This document shows, in pieces, positions 13,301 through 27,400 of a stretch of 64,000 bases of DNA. The stretch is from the human T2T-CHM13v2.0 reference genome, Homo sapiens. How positions within the stretch are numbered: the stretch's first letter is position 1; the number at the start of each line of letters is the position of its first letter. Below the pieces are notes generated by a model that saw only the letters and a list, made by a program, of their open reading frames with translations, was not told the DNA's origin and searched no databases. The stretch is from NCBI RefSeq assembly GCF_009914755.1, contig NC_060925.1; one strand, written 5' to 3'. Position numbers and translations under genes: made by a program.

Positions 13301-16300
13301 TGGTCTCGAATGGAATCATCTTCAAATGGAATGGAATGGAATCATCGCATAGAATCGAATGGAATTCTCATCGAATGGAATCGAATGGAATCAACATCAA
13401 ACGGAAAAAAACGGAATTATCGAATGGAATCGAAGAGAATCATCGAATGGGCCCGAATGGAATCATCTAATGGAATGGAATGGAATAATCCATGGACTCG
13501 AATGCAATCATCATCTAATGGAATCGAATGGAATCATCGAATGGACTCGAATGGAATAATCATTGAACGGAATCGAATGGAATCATCATCGGATGGAAAT
13601 GAATGGAATCATTATCGAATGGAATCGAATAGAATTATGGAATGAAATCCAGTGTCATCATCATCGAATGGACCCGAATGGAATCATCATCCAACGGAAG
13701 CTAATGGAATCAACATCGAATGAATCGAATGGAAACACCATCGAATTGAAACGAGTGGAATTATCATGAAATTGAAATGGATGGACTCATCATCGAATGG
13801 ATTCGAATGGAATCATCGAATAAAATTGATTGAAATCGTCATCAAATGGAATCGAATGGAAGCATTGAGTGGAATCGAATGGAATCATCATCAGATGGAA
13901 ATGAATGGAATCGTCATAGAATGGAATCGAATGGATTCATTGAATGGAATCAGATGGAATCTTCGAATGGACTGGAATGGAATCATTGAATGGACTCGAA
14001 AGGGATCATTATTGAATGGAATTGAATGGAATCATCGAATGGTCTCGATTGGAATCATTATCAAATGGAATCGAATGGAATCACCGAATAGAATCGAATG
14101 GAACAATCATCGAATGGACTCAAATGAAATTATCCTCAAGTGGAATCGAATGGAATTATCGAATGCAATCGAATGGAATTATCGAATGCAATCGAATAGA
14201 ATCATCGAATGGACTCGAATGTAATCATCAAATGGAATGGAATGGAACAGTCAATGAACTCGAATGGAATCATCATTGAATGGAATCGAATGGAATCATC
14301 GAGTGGAATCGAATGGAATTATGATCAAATGGAATCGAATGTAATCATCATCAAATGGAATCAAAAATAACCATCATCAATTGGTATTCAATGGAATTGT
14401 CATCAAATGGAATTCAAAGGTATCATCATCAAATGGAACCGAATGGAATCCTCATTGAATGGAAATGAAAGGGGTCATCATCTAATGGAATCGCATGGAA
14501 TCATCATCAAATGGAATCGAATGGAATCATCATCAAATGGAATCTAATGGAATCATTGAAAGAATTGAATGGAATCGTCATCGAATGAATTGAATGCAAT
14601 CATCGAATGGTCTCGAATGGAATCATCTTCTAATGGAAAGGAATGGAATCATCGCATAGAATCGAATGGAATTATCATCGAATGGAATCGAATGGTATCA
14701 ACACCAAAAGGAAAAAAACGGAATTATGGAATGGAATCGAAGAGAATCTTCGAACGGACCCGAATGGAATCATCTAATGGAATGGAATGGAATAATCCAT
14801 GGACTCGAATGCAATCATCAACGAATGGAATCGAATGGAATCATCGAATGGACTCGAATGGAATAATCATTGAACGGAATCGAATGGAATCATCATCGGA
14901 TGGAAACGAATGGAATCATCATCGAATGGAAATGAAAGGAGTCATCATCTAATGGAATTGCATGGAATCATCATCAAATGGAATCGAATGGAATCAACAT
15001 CAAATGGAATCAAATGGAATCATTGAACGGAATTGAATGGAATCGTCATCGAATGAATTGAATGCAATCATCGAATGGTCTCGAATGGAAACATCTTCAA
15101 ATGGAATGGAATGGAATCATCGCATAGAATCGAATGGAATTATCATCGAATGGAATCGAATGGAATCAACATCAAACGGAAAAAAACGGAATTATCGAAT
15201 GGAATCGAAGAGAATCATCGAATGGACCCGAATGGAATCATCTAATGGAATGGAATGGAATAATCCATGGACTCGAATGCAATCATCATCGAATGGAATC
15301 GAATGGAATCATCGAATGGACTCGAATGGAATAATCATTGAACGGAATCGAATGGAATCATCATCGGATGGAAATGAATGGAATCATCATCGAATGGAAT
15401 CGAATAGAATTATGGAATGAAATCCAGTGTGATCATCATCGAATGGACCCGAATGGAATCATCATCCAACGGAAGCTAATGGAATCAACATCGAATGAAT
15501 CAAATGGAAACACCATCGAATTGAAACGAATGGAATTACCATGAAATTGAAATGGATGGACTCATCCTCAAATGGATTCGAGTGGAATCATCGAATAAAA
15601 TCGATTGAAATCATCATCGAATGGAATAGAATGGTATCATTGAATGGAATCGAATGGAATCATCATCAGATGGAAATGAAAGGAATCGTCATAGAATGGA
15701 ATCGAATGGATTCATTGAATGGAATCAGATGGAATCATTGAATGGACTGGAATGGAATCATTGAATGGACTCGAAAGGGATCATTATTGAATGGAATTGA
15801 ATGGAATCATCGAATGGTCTCGATTGGAATCATTATCAAATGGAATCGAATGGAATCACCGAATAGAATCGAATGGAACAATCATCGAATGGACTCAAAT
15901 GGAATTATCCTCAAATGGAATCGAATGGAATTATCGAATGCAATCGAATGGAATTATCGAATGCAATCGAATAGAATCATCGAATGGACTCGAATGGAAT
16001 CATCGAATGGAATGGAATGGAACAGTCAATGAACTCGAATGGAATCATCATTGAATGGAATCGAATGGAATCATCGAGTGGAATCGAATGTCATCATCAT
16101 CAAATGGAATCAAAAATAACCATCATCAAATGGAATCAAAAGTAACCATCATCAATTGGTATTGAATGGAATTCTCATCAAATGGAATTCAAAGGAATCA
16201 TCATCAAATGGAACCGAATGGAATCCTCATTGAATGGAAATGAAAGGGGTCATCATCTAATGGAATCGCATGGAATCATCATAAAATGGAATAGAATGGA

Positions 16301-18410
16301 ATCAACATCAAATGGAATCAAATGGAATCATTGAACGGAATTGAATGGAATCGTCATCGAATGAATTGAATGCAATCATCGAATGGTCTCGAATGGAATC
16401 ATCTTCAAATGGAATGGAATGGAATCATCGCATAGAATCGAATGGAATTATCATCGAATGGAATCGAATGGAATCAACATCAAACGGAAAAAAACGGAAT
16501 TATCGAATGGAATCGAAGAGAATCATCGAATGGACCCGAATGGAATCATCTAATGGAATGGAATGGAATAATCCATGGACTCGAATGCAATCATCATCGA
16601 ATGGAATCGAATGGAATCATCGAATGGACTCGAATGGAATAATCATTGAACGGAATCGAATGGAATCATCATCGGATGGAAATGAATGGAATCATCATCG
16701 AATGGAATCGAATAGAATTATGGAATGAAATCCAGTGTGATCATCATCGAATGTACCCGAATGGAATCATCATCCATCGGAAGCAAATGGAATCAACATC
16801 GAATGAATCGAATGGAAACACCATCGAATTGAAACGAATGGAATTATCATGAAATTGAAATGGATGGACTCATCATCGAATGGATTCGAATGGAATCATC
16901 GAATAAAATTGATTGAAATCATCATCAAATGGAATCGAATGGCATCATTGAATGGAATCGAATGGAATCATCATCAGATGGAAATGAATGGAATCGTCAT
17001 AGAATGGAATCGAATGGATTCATTGAATGGAATCAGATGGAATCATCGAATGGACTGGAATGGAATCATTGAATGGACTCGAAAGGGATCATGATTGAAT
17101 GGAATTGAATGGAATCATCGAATGGTCTCGATTGGAATCATTATCAAATGGAATCGAATGGAATCACCGAATAGAATCGAATGGAACAATCATCGAATGG
17201 ACTCAAATGGAATTATCCTCCAATGGAATCGAATGGAATTATCGAATGCAATCGAATGGAATTATCGAATGCAATCGAATAGAATCATCGAATGGACTCG
17301 AATGGAATCACCGAATGGAATGGAATGGAACAGTCAATGAACTCGAATGGAATCATCATTGAATGGAATCGAATGGAATCATCGAGTGGAATCGAATGGA
17401 ATTATGATCAAATGGAATCGAATGTAATCATCATCAAATGGAATCAAAAATAACCATCATCAATTGGTATTGAATGGAATTGTCATCAAATGGAATTCAA
17501 AGGAAACATCATCAAATGGAACCGAATGGAATCCTCATTGAATGGAAATGAAAGGGGTCATCATATAATGGAATCGCATGGAATCATCATCAAATGGAAT
17601 CGAATGGAATCATCATCAAATGGAATCTAATGGAATCATTCAACAGAATTGAATGGAATCGTCATCGAATGAATTGAATGCAATCATCGAATGGTCTCGA
17701 ATGGAACCATCTTCTAATGGAAAGGAATGGAATCATCGCATAGAATCGAATGGAATTGTCATCGAATGGAATCGAAAGGTATCAACATCAAACGGAAAAA
17801 AACGGAATTATCGAATGGAATCGAAGAGAATCTTCGAACGGACCCGAATGGAATCATCTAATGGAATGGAATGGAATAATCCATGGACTCGAATGCAATC
17901 ATCATCGAATGGAATCGAATGGAATCATCGAATGGACTCGAATGCAATAATCATTGAACGGAATCGAATGGAATCATCATCGGATGGAAACGAATGGAAT
18001 CATCATCGGATGGGAATGAAAGGAGTCATCATCTAATGGAATTGCATGGAATCATCATAAAATGGAATCGAATGGAATCAACATCAAATGGAATCAAATG
18101 GAATCATTGAACGGAATTGAATGGAATCGTCATCGAATGAATTGAATGCAATCATCGAATGGTATCGAATGGAATCATCTTCAAATGGAATGGAATGGAA
18201 TCATCGCATAGAATCGAATGGAATTCTCATCGAATGGAATCGAATGGAATCAACATCAAACGGAAAAAAACGGAATTATCGAATGGAATCGAAGAGAATC
18301 ATCGAATGGGCCCGAATGGAATCATCTAATGGAATGGAATGGAATAATCCATGGACTCGAATGCAATCATCATTGAATGGAATCGAATGGAATCATCGAA
18401 TGGACTCGAA
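7350..18410 (+). repeat. Local duplication of a three-unit 4,859-bp block (1775+1308+1776), with one extra 1,298-bp unit in the first copy
   Basis: Offset 6157 for 7609/13766, 8412/14569, 8880/15037; offset 4859 for 10682/15541, 11990/16849, 12794/17653, 13262/18121; 6157-4859=1298. Shared private variants include GAAGCATTGAGTGG, CCAAAAGG, AAATCGATTG, CCATCGGAAGCAAAT, CATATAAT, GGATGGGAATG and GGGCCCG. Confidence 0.88.
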
Positions 18411-21400
18411 TGGAATAATCATTGAACGGAATCGAATGGAATCATCATCGGATGGAAATGAATGGAATCATCATCGAATGGAATCGAATAGAATTATGGA
18501 ATGAAATCCAGTGTGATCATCATCGAATGGACCCGAATGGAATCATCATCCAACGGAAGCTAATGGAATCAACATCGAATGAATCCAATGGAAACACCAT
18601 CGAATTGAAACGAATGGAATTACCATGAAATTGAAATGGATGGACTCATCATCAAATGGATTCGAGTGGAATCATCGAATAAAATTGATTGAAATCATCA
18701 TCGAATGGAATCGAATGGTATCATTGAATGGAATTGAATGGAATCATCATTAGATGGAAATGAAAGGAATCGTCTTAGAATGGAATCGAATGGATTCATT
18801 GAATGGAATCAGATGGAATCCTTGAATGGACTGGAATGGAATCATTGAATGGACTCGAAAGGGATCATTATTGAATGGAATGGAATGGAATCATCGAATG
18901 GTCTCGATTGGAATCATTATCAAATGGAATCGAATGGAATCACCGAATAGAATCTAATGGAACAATCATCGAATGGACTCAAATGGAATTATCCTCAAAT
19001 GGAATTGAATGGAATTATCGAATGCAATCGAATGGAATTATCGAATGCAATCGAATAGAATCATCGAATGGACTCGAATGGAATCATCGAATGGAATGGA
19101 ATGGAACAGTCAATGAACTCGAATGGAATCATCATTGAATGGAATCGAATGGAATCATCGAGTGGAATCGAATGTAATCATCATCAAATGGAATCAAAAA
19201 TAACCATCATCAAATGGAATCAAAAATAACCATCATCAATTGGTATTGAATGGAATTCTCATCAAATGGAATTCAAAGGAATCATCATCAAATGGAACCG
19301 AATGGAATCCTCATTGAATGGAAATGAAAGGGGTCATCATCTAATGGAATCGCATGGAATCATCATAAAATGGAATCGAATGGAATCAACATCAAATAGA
19401 ATCAAATGGAATCATTGAACGGAATTGAATGGAATGGTCATCGAAAGAATTGAATGCAATCATCGAATGGTCTCGAATGGAATCATCTTCAAATGGAATG
19501 GAATGGAATCATCGCATAGAATCGAATGGAATTATCATCGAATGGAATCGAATGGAATCAACACCAAACGGAAAAAAACGGAATTATCTAATGGAATCGA
19601 AGAGAATCATCGAATGGACCAGAATGGATCATCTAATGGAATGGAATGGAATAATCCATGGACTCGAATGCAATCATCATCGAATGGAATCGAATGGAAT
19701 CATCGAATGGACTCGAATGGAATAATCATTGAACGGAATCGAATGGAATCATCATCGGATGGAAACGAATGGAATCATCATCGAATGGAAATGAAAGGAG
19801 TCATCATCTAATGGAATTGCATGGAATCATCATCAAATGGAATCGAATGGAATCAACATCAAATGCAATCAAATGGAATCATTGAACGGAATTGAATGGA
19901 ATCGTCATCGAATGAATTGAATGCAATCATCGAATGGTCTCGAATGGAATCATCTTCAAATGGAATGGAATGGAATCATCGCATAGAATCGAATGGAATT
20001 ATCATCGAATGGAATCGAATGGAATCAACATCAAATGGAAACAAAAGGAATTATTGAGCGGAATTAAATGGAATCGTCAACGAATGAATTGAATGCAATC
20101 ATCGAACGGTCTCGAATGGAATCATCTTCAAATGGAATGGAATGGAATCATCGCATAGAATCGAATGGAATTATCATCGAATGGAATCGAATGGAATCAA
20201 CATCAAACGGAAAAAAACGGAATTATCGAATGGAATCGAAAAGAATCATCGAATGGTCCCGAATGGAATCATCTAATGGAATGGAATGGAATAATCCATG
20301 GACTCGAATGCAATCATCATCGAATGGAATCGAATGGAATCATCGAATGGACTCGAATGGAATAATCATTGAACGGAATCGAATGGAATCATCATCGGAT
20401 GGAAATGAATGGAATCATCATCGAATGGAATCGAATAGAATTATGGAATGAAATCCAGTGTGATCATCATCGAATGGACCCGAATGGAATCATCATCCAA
20501 CGGCAGCTAATGGAATCAACATCGAATGAATCGAATGGAAACACCATCGAATTGAAACGAATGGAATTATCATGAAATTGAAATGGATGGACTCATCATC
20601 GAATGGATTCGAATGGAATCATCGAATAAAATTGATTGAAATCATCATCAAATGGAATCGAATGGTATCATTGAATGGAATCGAATGGAATCATCATCAG
20701 ATGGAAATGAATGGAATCGTCATAGAATGGAATCGAATGGATTCATTGAATGGAATCAGATGGAATCATCGAATGGACTGGAATGGAATCATTGAATGGA
20801 CTCGAAAGGGATCATTATTGAATGGAATTGAATGGAATCATCGAATGGTCTCGATTGGAATCATTATCAAATGGAATCGAATGGAATCACCGAATAGAAT
20901 CGAATGGAACAATCATCGAATGGACTCAAATGGAATTATCCTCAAATGGAATGGAATGGAATTATCGACTGCAATCGAATGGAATTATCGAATGCAATCG
21001 AATAGAATCATCGAATGGACTCGAATGGAATCATCGAATGGAATGGAATGGAACAGTCAATGAACTCGAATGGAATCATCATTGAATGGAATCGAATGGA
21101 ATCATCGAGTGGAATCGAATGGAATTATGATCAAATGGAATCGAATGTAATCATCATCAAATGGAATCAAAAATAACCATCATCAATTGGTATTGAATGG
21201 AATTGTCATCAAATGGAATTCAAAGGAATCATCATCAAATGGAACCGAATGGAATCCTCATTGAATGGAAATGAAAGGGGTCATCATCTAATGGAATCGC
21301 ATGGAATCATCATCAAATGGAATCGAAAGGAATCATCATCAAATGGAATCTGATGGAATCATTGAACAGAATTGAATGGAATCGTCATCGAATGAATTGA

Positions 21401-24400
21401 ATGCACTCATCGAATGGTCTCGAATGGAATCATCTTCTAATGGAAAGGAATGGAATCATCGCATAAAATCGAATGGAATTAACATTGAATGGACTCGAAT
21501 GGAATCAACATCAAACGGAATCAAGCCGAATTATCGAATGGAATCGAAGAGAATCATAGAATGGACTCGAATGGAATCATCTAATGGAATGGAATGGAAT
21601 AATCCACGGACCCGAATGCAATCATCATCGAATGGAATCGAATGGAATCATCGAATGGACTCGAATGGAATAAACATTGAACGGAATCGAATGGAATCAT
21701 CATCGGATGGAAACGAATGGAATCATCATCGAATGGAAATGAAAGGAATCATCATCTAATGGAATTGCATGGAATCATCATCAAATGGAATCGAATGGAA
21801 TCAACATCAAATGGAATCAAATGGAATCATTGAACGGAATTGAATGGAATCGTCATCGAATGAATTGAATGCAATCATCGAATGGTCTCGAATGGAATCA
21901 TCTTCAAATGGAATGGAAAGGAATCATCGCATAGAATCGAATGGAATTATCATCGAATGGAATCGAATCGTATCAACATCAAACGGAAAAAAACGGAATT
22001 ATCGAATGGAATCGAAGAGAATCTTCGAACGGACCCGAATGGAATCATCTAATGGAATGGAATGGAACAATCCATGCACTGGAAGGCAAATATCATTGAA
22101 CGGAATCGAATGGAATCATCATCGGATGGACACGACTGGAATCATCATCGAATGGAAATGAAAGGAGTCATCATCTAATGGAATTGCATGGAATCATCAT
22201 AAAATGGAATCAAATGGAATCAACATCAAATGGAATCAAATGGAATCATTGAACGGAATTGAATGGAATCGTCATCGAATGAATTGAATGCAATCATCGA
22301 ATGGTCTCGAATGGAATCATCTTCAAATGGAATGGAATGGAATCATCGCATAAATTCGAATGGAATTATGATCGAATGGAATCGAATGGAATCAACATCA
22401 AACGGAAAAAAACGGAATTATCGAATGGAATCGAATAGAATCATCGAATGGACCCGAATGGAATCATCTAATGGAATGGAATGGAATAATCCATGGACTC
22501 GAATGCAATCATCATCGAATGGAATCGAATGGAATCATCCAATGGACTCGAATGGAATAATCATTGAACGGAATCGAATGGAACCATCATCGGATGGAAA
22601 TGAATGGAATCATCATCGAATGGAATCGAATAGAATTATGGAATGAAATCCAGTGTGATCATCATCGAATGGACCCGAATTGAATCATCATCCAACGGAT
22701 GCTAATGGAATCAACATCGAATGAATCAAATGGAAACACCATCGAATTGAAACGAATGGAATTACAATGAAATTGAAATGGATGGACTCATCATCGAATG
22801 GATTCGAATGGAATCATCGAATAAAATTGATTGAAATCATCATCGAATGGAATCGAATGGTATCATTGAATGGAATCGAATGGAATCATCATCAGATGGA
22901 AATGAATGGAATCGTCATAGAATGGAATCGAATGGATTCATTGAATGGAATCAGATGGAATCATCGAATGGACTGGAAAGGAATCATTGAATGGACTCGA
23001 AAGAGATCATTATTGAATGGAATTGAATGGAATCATCGAATGGTCTCGATTGGAATCATTATCAAATGGAATCGAATGGAATCACCGAATAGAATCGAAT
23101 GGAACAATCATCGAATGGACTCAAATTGAATTATCCTCAAATGGAATCGAATGGAATTATCGAATGCAATCGAATGGAAATATCGAATGCAATCGAATAG
23201 AATCATCGAATGGACTCGAATGGAATCATCGAATGGAATGGAATGGAACAGTCAATGAAGTCGAATGGAATCATCATTGAATGGAATCGAATGGAATCAT
23301 CGAGTGGAATCGAATGGAATTATGAACAAATGGAATCGAATGTAATCATCATCAAATGGAATCAAAAATAACCATCATCAATTGGTATTGAATGGAATTG
23401 TCATCAAATGGAATTCAAAGGAAACATCATCAAATGGAACCGAATGGAATCCTCATTGAATGGAAATGAAAGGGGTCATCATCTAATGGAATCGCATGGA
23501 ATCATCATCAAATGGAATCGAATGGAATCATCATCAAATGGAATCTAATGGAATCATTGAACAGAATTGAATGGAATCGTCATCGAATGAATTGAATGCA
23601 ATCATCGAATGGTCTCGAATGGAATCATCTTCTAATGGAAAGGAACGGAATCATCTCATAGAATCGAATGGAATTATCATCGAATGGAATCGAATGGTAT
23701 CAACACCAAACGGAAAAAAACGGAATTATCGAATGGAATCGAAGAGAATCTTCGAACGGACCCGAATGGAATCATCTAATGGAATGGAATGGAATAATCC
23801 ATGGACTCGAATGCAATCATCATCGAATGGAATCGAATGGAATCATCGAATGGACTCGAATGGAATAATCATTGAACGGAATCGAATGGAATCATCATCG
23901 GATGGAAACGAATGGAATCATCATCGAATGGAAATGAAAGCAGTCATCATCTAATGGAATTGCATGGAATCATCATAAAATGGAATCGAATGGAATCAAC
24001 ATCAAATGGAATCAAATGGAATCATTGAACGGAATTGAATGGAATCGTCATCGAATGAATTGAATGCAATCATCGAATGGTCTCGAATGGAATCATCTTC
24101 AAATGGAAGGGAATGGAATCATCGCATAGAATCGAATGGAATTATCATCGAATGGAATCGAATGGAATCAACATCAAACGGAAAAAAACGGAATTATCGA
24201 ATGGAATCGAAGAGAATCATCGAATGGACCCGAATGGAATCATCTAATGGAATGGAATGGAATAATCCATGGACTCGAATGCAATCATCATCGAATGGAA
24301 TCGAATGGAATCATCGAATGGACTCGAATGGAATAATCATTGAACGGAATCGAATGGAATCATCATCGGATGGAAATGAAAGGAGTCATCATCTAATGGA

Positions 24401-24480
24401 ATTGCATGGAATCATCATCAAATGGAATCGAATGGAATCAACATCAAATGGAATCAAATGGAATCATTGAACGGAATTGA

Positions 24481-27400
24481 ATGGAATCGTCATCGAATGA
24501 ATTGAATGCAATCATCGAATGGTCTCGAATGGAATCTTCTTCAAATGGAATGGAATGGAATCATCGCATAGAATCGAATGGAATTATCATCGAATGGAAT
24601 CGAATGGTATCAACATCAAACGGAAAAAAACGGAATTATCGAATGGAATCGAAGAGAATCTTCGAACGGACCCGAATGGAATCATCTAATGGAATGGAAT
24701 GGAATAATCCATGGACTCGAATGCAATCATCATCGAATGGAATCGAATGGAATCATTGAAAGGACTCGAATGGAATAATCATTGAACGGAATCGAATGGA
24801 ATCATCATGGGATGGAAATGAATGGAATCATCATCGAATGGAATCGAATAGAATTATGGAATGAAATCCAGTGTGATCATCATCGAATGGACCCGAATGG
24901 AATCATCATCCAACGGAAGCTAATGGAATCAACATCGAATGAATCGAATGGAAACACCATCGAATTGAAACGAATGGAATTACCATGAAATTGAAATGGA
25001 TGGACTCATCATCGAATGGATTCGAATGGAATCATCGAATAAAATTGATTGAAATCATCATCGAATGGAATCGAATGGTATCATTGAATGGAATCGAATG
25101 GAATCATCATCAGATGGAAATGAATGGAATCGTCATAGAATGGGATCGAATGGATTCATTGAATGGAATCAGATGGAATCATCGAATGGACTGGAATGGA
25201 ATCATTGAATGGACTCGAAAGGGATCATTATTGAATGGAATTGAATGGAATCATCGAATGGTCTCGATTGGAATCATTATCAAATGGAATCGAATGGAAT
25301 CACCGAATAGAATCGAATGGAACAATCATCGAATGGACTCAAATGGAATTATCCTCAAATGGAATCGAATGGAATTATCGAATGCAATCGAATGGAATTA
25401 TCGAATGCAATCCAATAGAATCATCGAATGGACTCGAATGGAATCATCGAATGGAATGGAATGGAACAGTCAATGAACTCGAATGGAATCATCATTGAAT
25501 GGAATCGAATGGAATCATCGAGTGGAATCGAATGGAATTATGATCAAATGGAATCGAATGTAATCATCATCAAATGGAATCAAAAATAACCATCATCAAT
25601 TGGTATTGAATGGAATTGTCATCAAATGGAATTCAAAGGAATCATCATCAAATGGAACCGAATGGAATCCTCATTGAATGGAAATGAAAGGGGTCATCAT
25701 GTAATGGAATCGCATGGAATCATCATCAAATGGAATCGAATGGAATCATCATCAAATGGAATCTAATGGAATCATTGAAAGAATTGAATGGAATCATCAT
25801 CGAATGAATTGAATGCAATCATCGAATGGTCTCGAATGGAATCATCTTCTAATGGAAAGGAATGGAATCATCGCATAGAATCGAATGGAATTATCATCGA
25901 ATGGAATCGAATGGTATCAACACCAAACGGAAAAAAACGGAATTATCGAATGGAATCGAAGAGAATCATCGAATGGACCCGAATGGAATCATCTAATGGA
26001 ATGGAATGGAATAATCCATGGACTCGAATGCAATCATCATCGAATGGAATCGAATGGAATCATCGAATGGACTCGAATGGAATAATCATTGAACGGAATC
26101 GAATGGAATCATCATCGGATGGAAACGAATGGAATCATCATCGAATGGAATCGAATAGAATTATGGAATGAAATCCAGTGTGATCATCATCGAATGGACC
26201 CGAATGGAATCATCATCCAACGGAAGCTAATGGAATCAACATCGAATGAATCAAATGGAAACACCATCGAATTGAAACGAATGGAATTACCATGAAATTG
26301 AAATGGATGGACTCATCATCGAATGGATTCGAATGGAATCATCGAATAAAATTGATTGAAATCATCATCGAATGGAATCGAATGGTATCATTGAATGGAA
26401 TCGAATGGAATCATCATCAGATGGAAATGAATGGAATCGTCATAGAATGGAATCGAATGGATTCATTGAATGGAATCAGATGGAATCATTGAATGCACTG
26501 GAATGGAATCATTGAATGGACTCGAAAGGGATCATGATTGAATGGAATTGAATGGAATCATCGAATGGTCTCGATTGGAATCATTATCAAATGGAATCGA
26601 ATGGAATCACTGAATAGAATCGAATGGAACAATCATCGAATGGACTCAAATGGAATTATCCTCCAATGGAATCGAATGGAATTATCGAATGCAATCGAAT
26701 GGAATTATCGAATGCAATCGAATAGAATCATCGAATGGACTCGAATGGAATCATCGAATGGAATGGAATGGAACCGTCAATGAACTCGAATGGAATCATC
26801 ATTGAATGGAATCATCGAGTGGAATCGAAAGGAATTATGATCAAATGGAATCGAACGTAATCATCATCAAATGGAATCAAAAATAACCATCATCAATTGG
26901 TATTGAATGGAATTGTCATCAAATGGAATTCAAAGGAATCATCATCAAATGGAACCGAATGGAATCCTCATTGAATGGAAATGAAAGGGGTCATCATCTA
27001 ATGGAATCGCATGGAATCATCATCAAATGGAATCGAATGGAATCATCATCAAATGGAATCTAATGGAATCATTGAAAAGAATTGAATGGAATCGTCATCG
27101 AATGAATTTAATGCAATCATCGAATGGTCTCGAATGGAATCATCTTCTAATGGAAAGGACTGGAATCATCGCATAGAATCGAATGGAATTATCATCGAAT
27201 GGAATCGAATGGTATCAACACCAAACGGAAAAAAACGGAATTATCGAATGGAATCGAAGAGAATCTTCGAACGGACCCGAATGGAATCATCTAATGGAAT
27301 GGAATGGAATAATCCATGGACACGAATGCAATCATCATCGAATGGAATCGAATGGAATCATCGAATGGACTCGAATGGAATAATCATTGAACGGAATCGA

